NCBI GenBank assembly: GCA_051362555.1
Contig: CM120642.1
Span: forward strand, 21,824,001-21,888,000
DNA from: Lingula anatina
Taxonomy: Eukaryota > Animalia > Brachiopoda
Direction of reading: 5' to 3'
Length of the DNA: 64,000 nt
Shown: piece by piece, positions 62,021-64,000 of the stretch
How the letters are laid out: each line of letters begins with the position of its first letter
How positions within the stretch are numbered: position 1 is the stretch's first letter
Made by a program: the position numbers and the translations under genes
Notes under the pieces: model-generated
What the model was told of the DNA's origin: nothing
The model's input: only the letters and a program-made list of their open reading frames with translations
Databases searched by the model: none

Positions 62021-64000
62021 TAAATGATAATAAATAAATAAATTGACAACACAAACATGCACAGTAATAAAAATAAATGCAAACAAACACAGTCGCAATA
62101 CAGACATACACTGTGATCAGAATAAGTAAACATGTACAGTGACAACAGAACCATGTAAAGTAACCAGAATAAGCACAAATTAATCTAATGATTACACAGT
62201 CATACATAGTGATCAATGATAGAGTGAAAAGAAACACATACAATGTGATCACAATATATTTACAAACACAGACAATGACAAAACAGAATGGAAACAGCAA
62301 TCAGGATATAAACAGACACATACACATTGCTCACAATAAATCTAAACACAAAGAATGACAACACTAACATGCACAGTAATCAAATCAATTATGTTTAGAC
62401 TCAAACAGTAATGACACAATCATACACAGTGATCAAAATAAATATTAACATGTGAAGTGACAAAAGTAACATGCACCGTAATGAAAATGAACACAAGGAA
62501 AAAGAGTGAAAACATAGCCATACATAGTCTTCACAATATATACAAACACATTCAGTTATAATACAGAATAGAAACAGCAAATAGAATATAAACAGACACA
62601 TAGACGTACATTGACAACACCATAGTTCAGCGCAATAGTAATGTTAGCAAACAAAAAGAGTGACAAAACTGACATACACATTGCTCACAATAAATGCAAA
62701 CACCAACAGCAATGACACTAACATGAACAGTAATGTAAATAAATACAAACAAACACAGTCAGAATACAGACATACACAGTGATCAAAATAAGTTGACATG
62801 TACAGTGACGACACAACCATGTAAAGTAACCAGAATGAACACAAATTGATCCAGTGATAACACAGTCATACACAGTGATCAATGATGGAGTGAAAACACA
62901 CACATACAATGTGATCACAATGTACATACAACACATTCAGTGAGAATAGAGAATGGAAACAACAATCGGAATATAAACAGACACATAAACTATGCTTACA
63001 GTAACAACACCAACATGCACAGTTATAATAATGATTAAAAACATATAGACGGAAAAAACTAACATAAACATTGCTCAAATCAATGCAAACACAAACAGTA
63101 AGGACACAAACATATACAGTTATCACAATAAAAAGAAACAGAAACAGTGACAACGTAAACATGCACAGTAATGATAATGATTACAAACAAACACAGTCAG
63201 AATACAGACATACACAGTGATCAAAATAAGTTGACATGTACAGTGACGACACAACCATGTAAAGTAACCAGAATGAACACAAATTGATCCAGTGATAACA
63301 CAGTCATACACAGTGATCAATGATGGAGTGAAAACACGCACATACAATGTGATCACAATGTATTTACAACACATACAATGAGAATAGAGAATGGAAACAG
63401 CAATCGGAATATAAACAGACACATAAACTATGCTTACAGTAACAAAACAACATGCACAGTTATAATAATGATTTAAAACATATAGACTGAAAAAACTGAC
63501 ATACACATTGCTCACAATATATGAAACACAGGGAGTGACAACACTAACATGCACAGTAATCAAATCAATTATGTTTAGACACAAACTGTAACGACACAAT
63601 CATACACTGTGATCAAAATAAGTATTAACATGAACAGTGATAACAGTAACATGCACAGTAATGAGAATGAATAAGGAAGAAAAAGTGAAAACATAGCCAT
63701 ATAAAGTCACAGACAATATATACAAACACATTCAGTTATAATACAGAATAGAAACACAACAGAATATAAACAGACACATAGACATACATTGACAACACCA
63801 TCATTCAGCAATAGTAATGTTTACAAACAAAGAGAGTGACAAAACTGACTTATGCATTGCTAACAATAAATACAAACACCAACAGTAATGACATAAACAT
63901 ACACACTGATCAAATGAAATATTAAAATGTACATTGACAACAGTAATGTACACCATAATGGCAGTGAATATAACTAAAAATAGTGAAAACATAGCTGTAA
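62021..64000. repeat. Diverged (older) flank of the same satellite, not in 5.18-kb HOR register
   Basis: The same blocks recur with many private substitutions (aattgatccagtgataac, cacagtcagaatac, gtgacgacac). It carries left-domain-type markers ccagaataagc and gcaatcaggatata. Confidence 0.92.
62745..63520. repeat. ~438-bp offset duplication in the diverged flank
   Basis: agaatacagacatacacagtgatcaaaataagttgacatgtacagtgacgacac starts at 62761 and 63199, and the private marker aattgatccagtgataac is present in both copies. Confidence 0.85.

Noticed and set aside
100-63992. Hundreds of 60-160 aa Cys/Val/Ile/Leu/Phe-rich minus-strand ORFs and Thr/Asn/Gln-rich plus-strand ORFs
   Set aside because: They are compositional by-products of the TG/CA-rich repeat. 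They overlap in all frames, the 49-bp monomer is not a multiple of 3, copies differ by frameshifts, and no domain is recognisable.

Overview
This window is almost entirely one non-coding, strongly strand-asymmetric satellite array (+ strand A/C-rich, CpG-poor), most likely from an animal genome; I cannot assign the taxon. The monomer is a degenerate ~49 bp unit (consensus ~cacagtgatcacaataaatacaaacacaaacagtgacaacacaaacata) made of related 28-bp and 21-bp halves. There are three domains: (i) 1-26620, a shuffled mosaic of ~2.1-kb and ~2.55-kb units with large duplications; (ii) 26621-61443, a homogeneous higher-order repeat (HOR) of one 3479-bp unit plus six 5178-5183-bp units, each containing an internal ~1.7-kb duplication; (iii) 62021-64000, older diverged satellite. 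The only non-satellite DNA is a ~577-bp insertion (61444-62020) with no TIRs and no clear TSD. By eye it folds almost end to end into hairpins whose non-canonical pairs are mostly G-T on the + strand, suggesting a structured-RNA or ssDNA mobile element. The 28-bp half-monomer also has the heptamer/12-bp spacer/nonamer layout of a V(D)J 12-RSS (best copy CACAGTG-ctcacaataaat-ACAAAAACg, once per HOR unit), which could be a compositional coincidence. No credible protein-coding gene, tRNA, rRNA or CRISPR array was found. All alignments and folds were done by eye.
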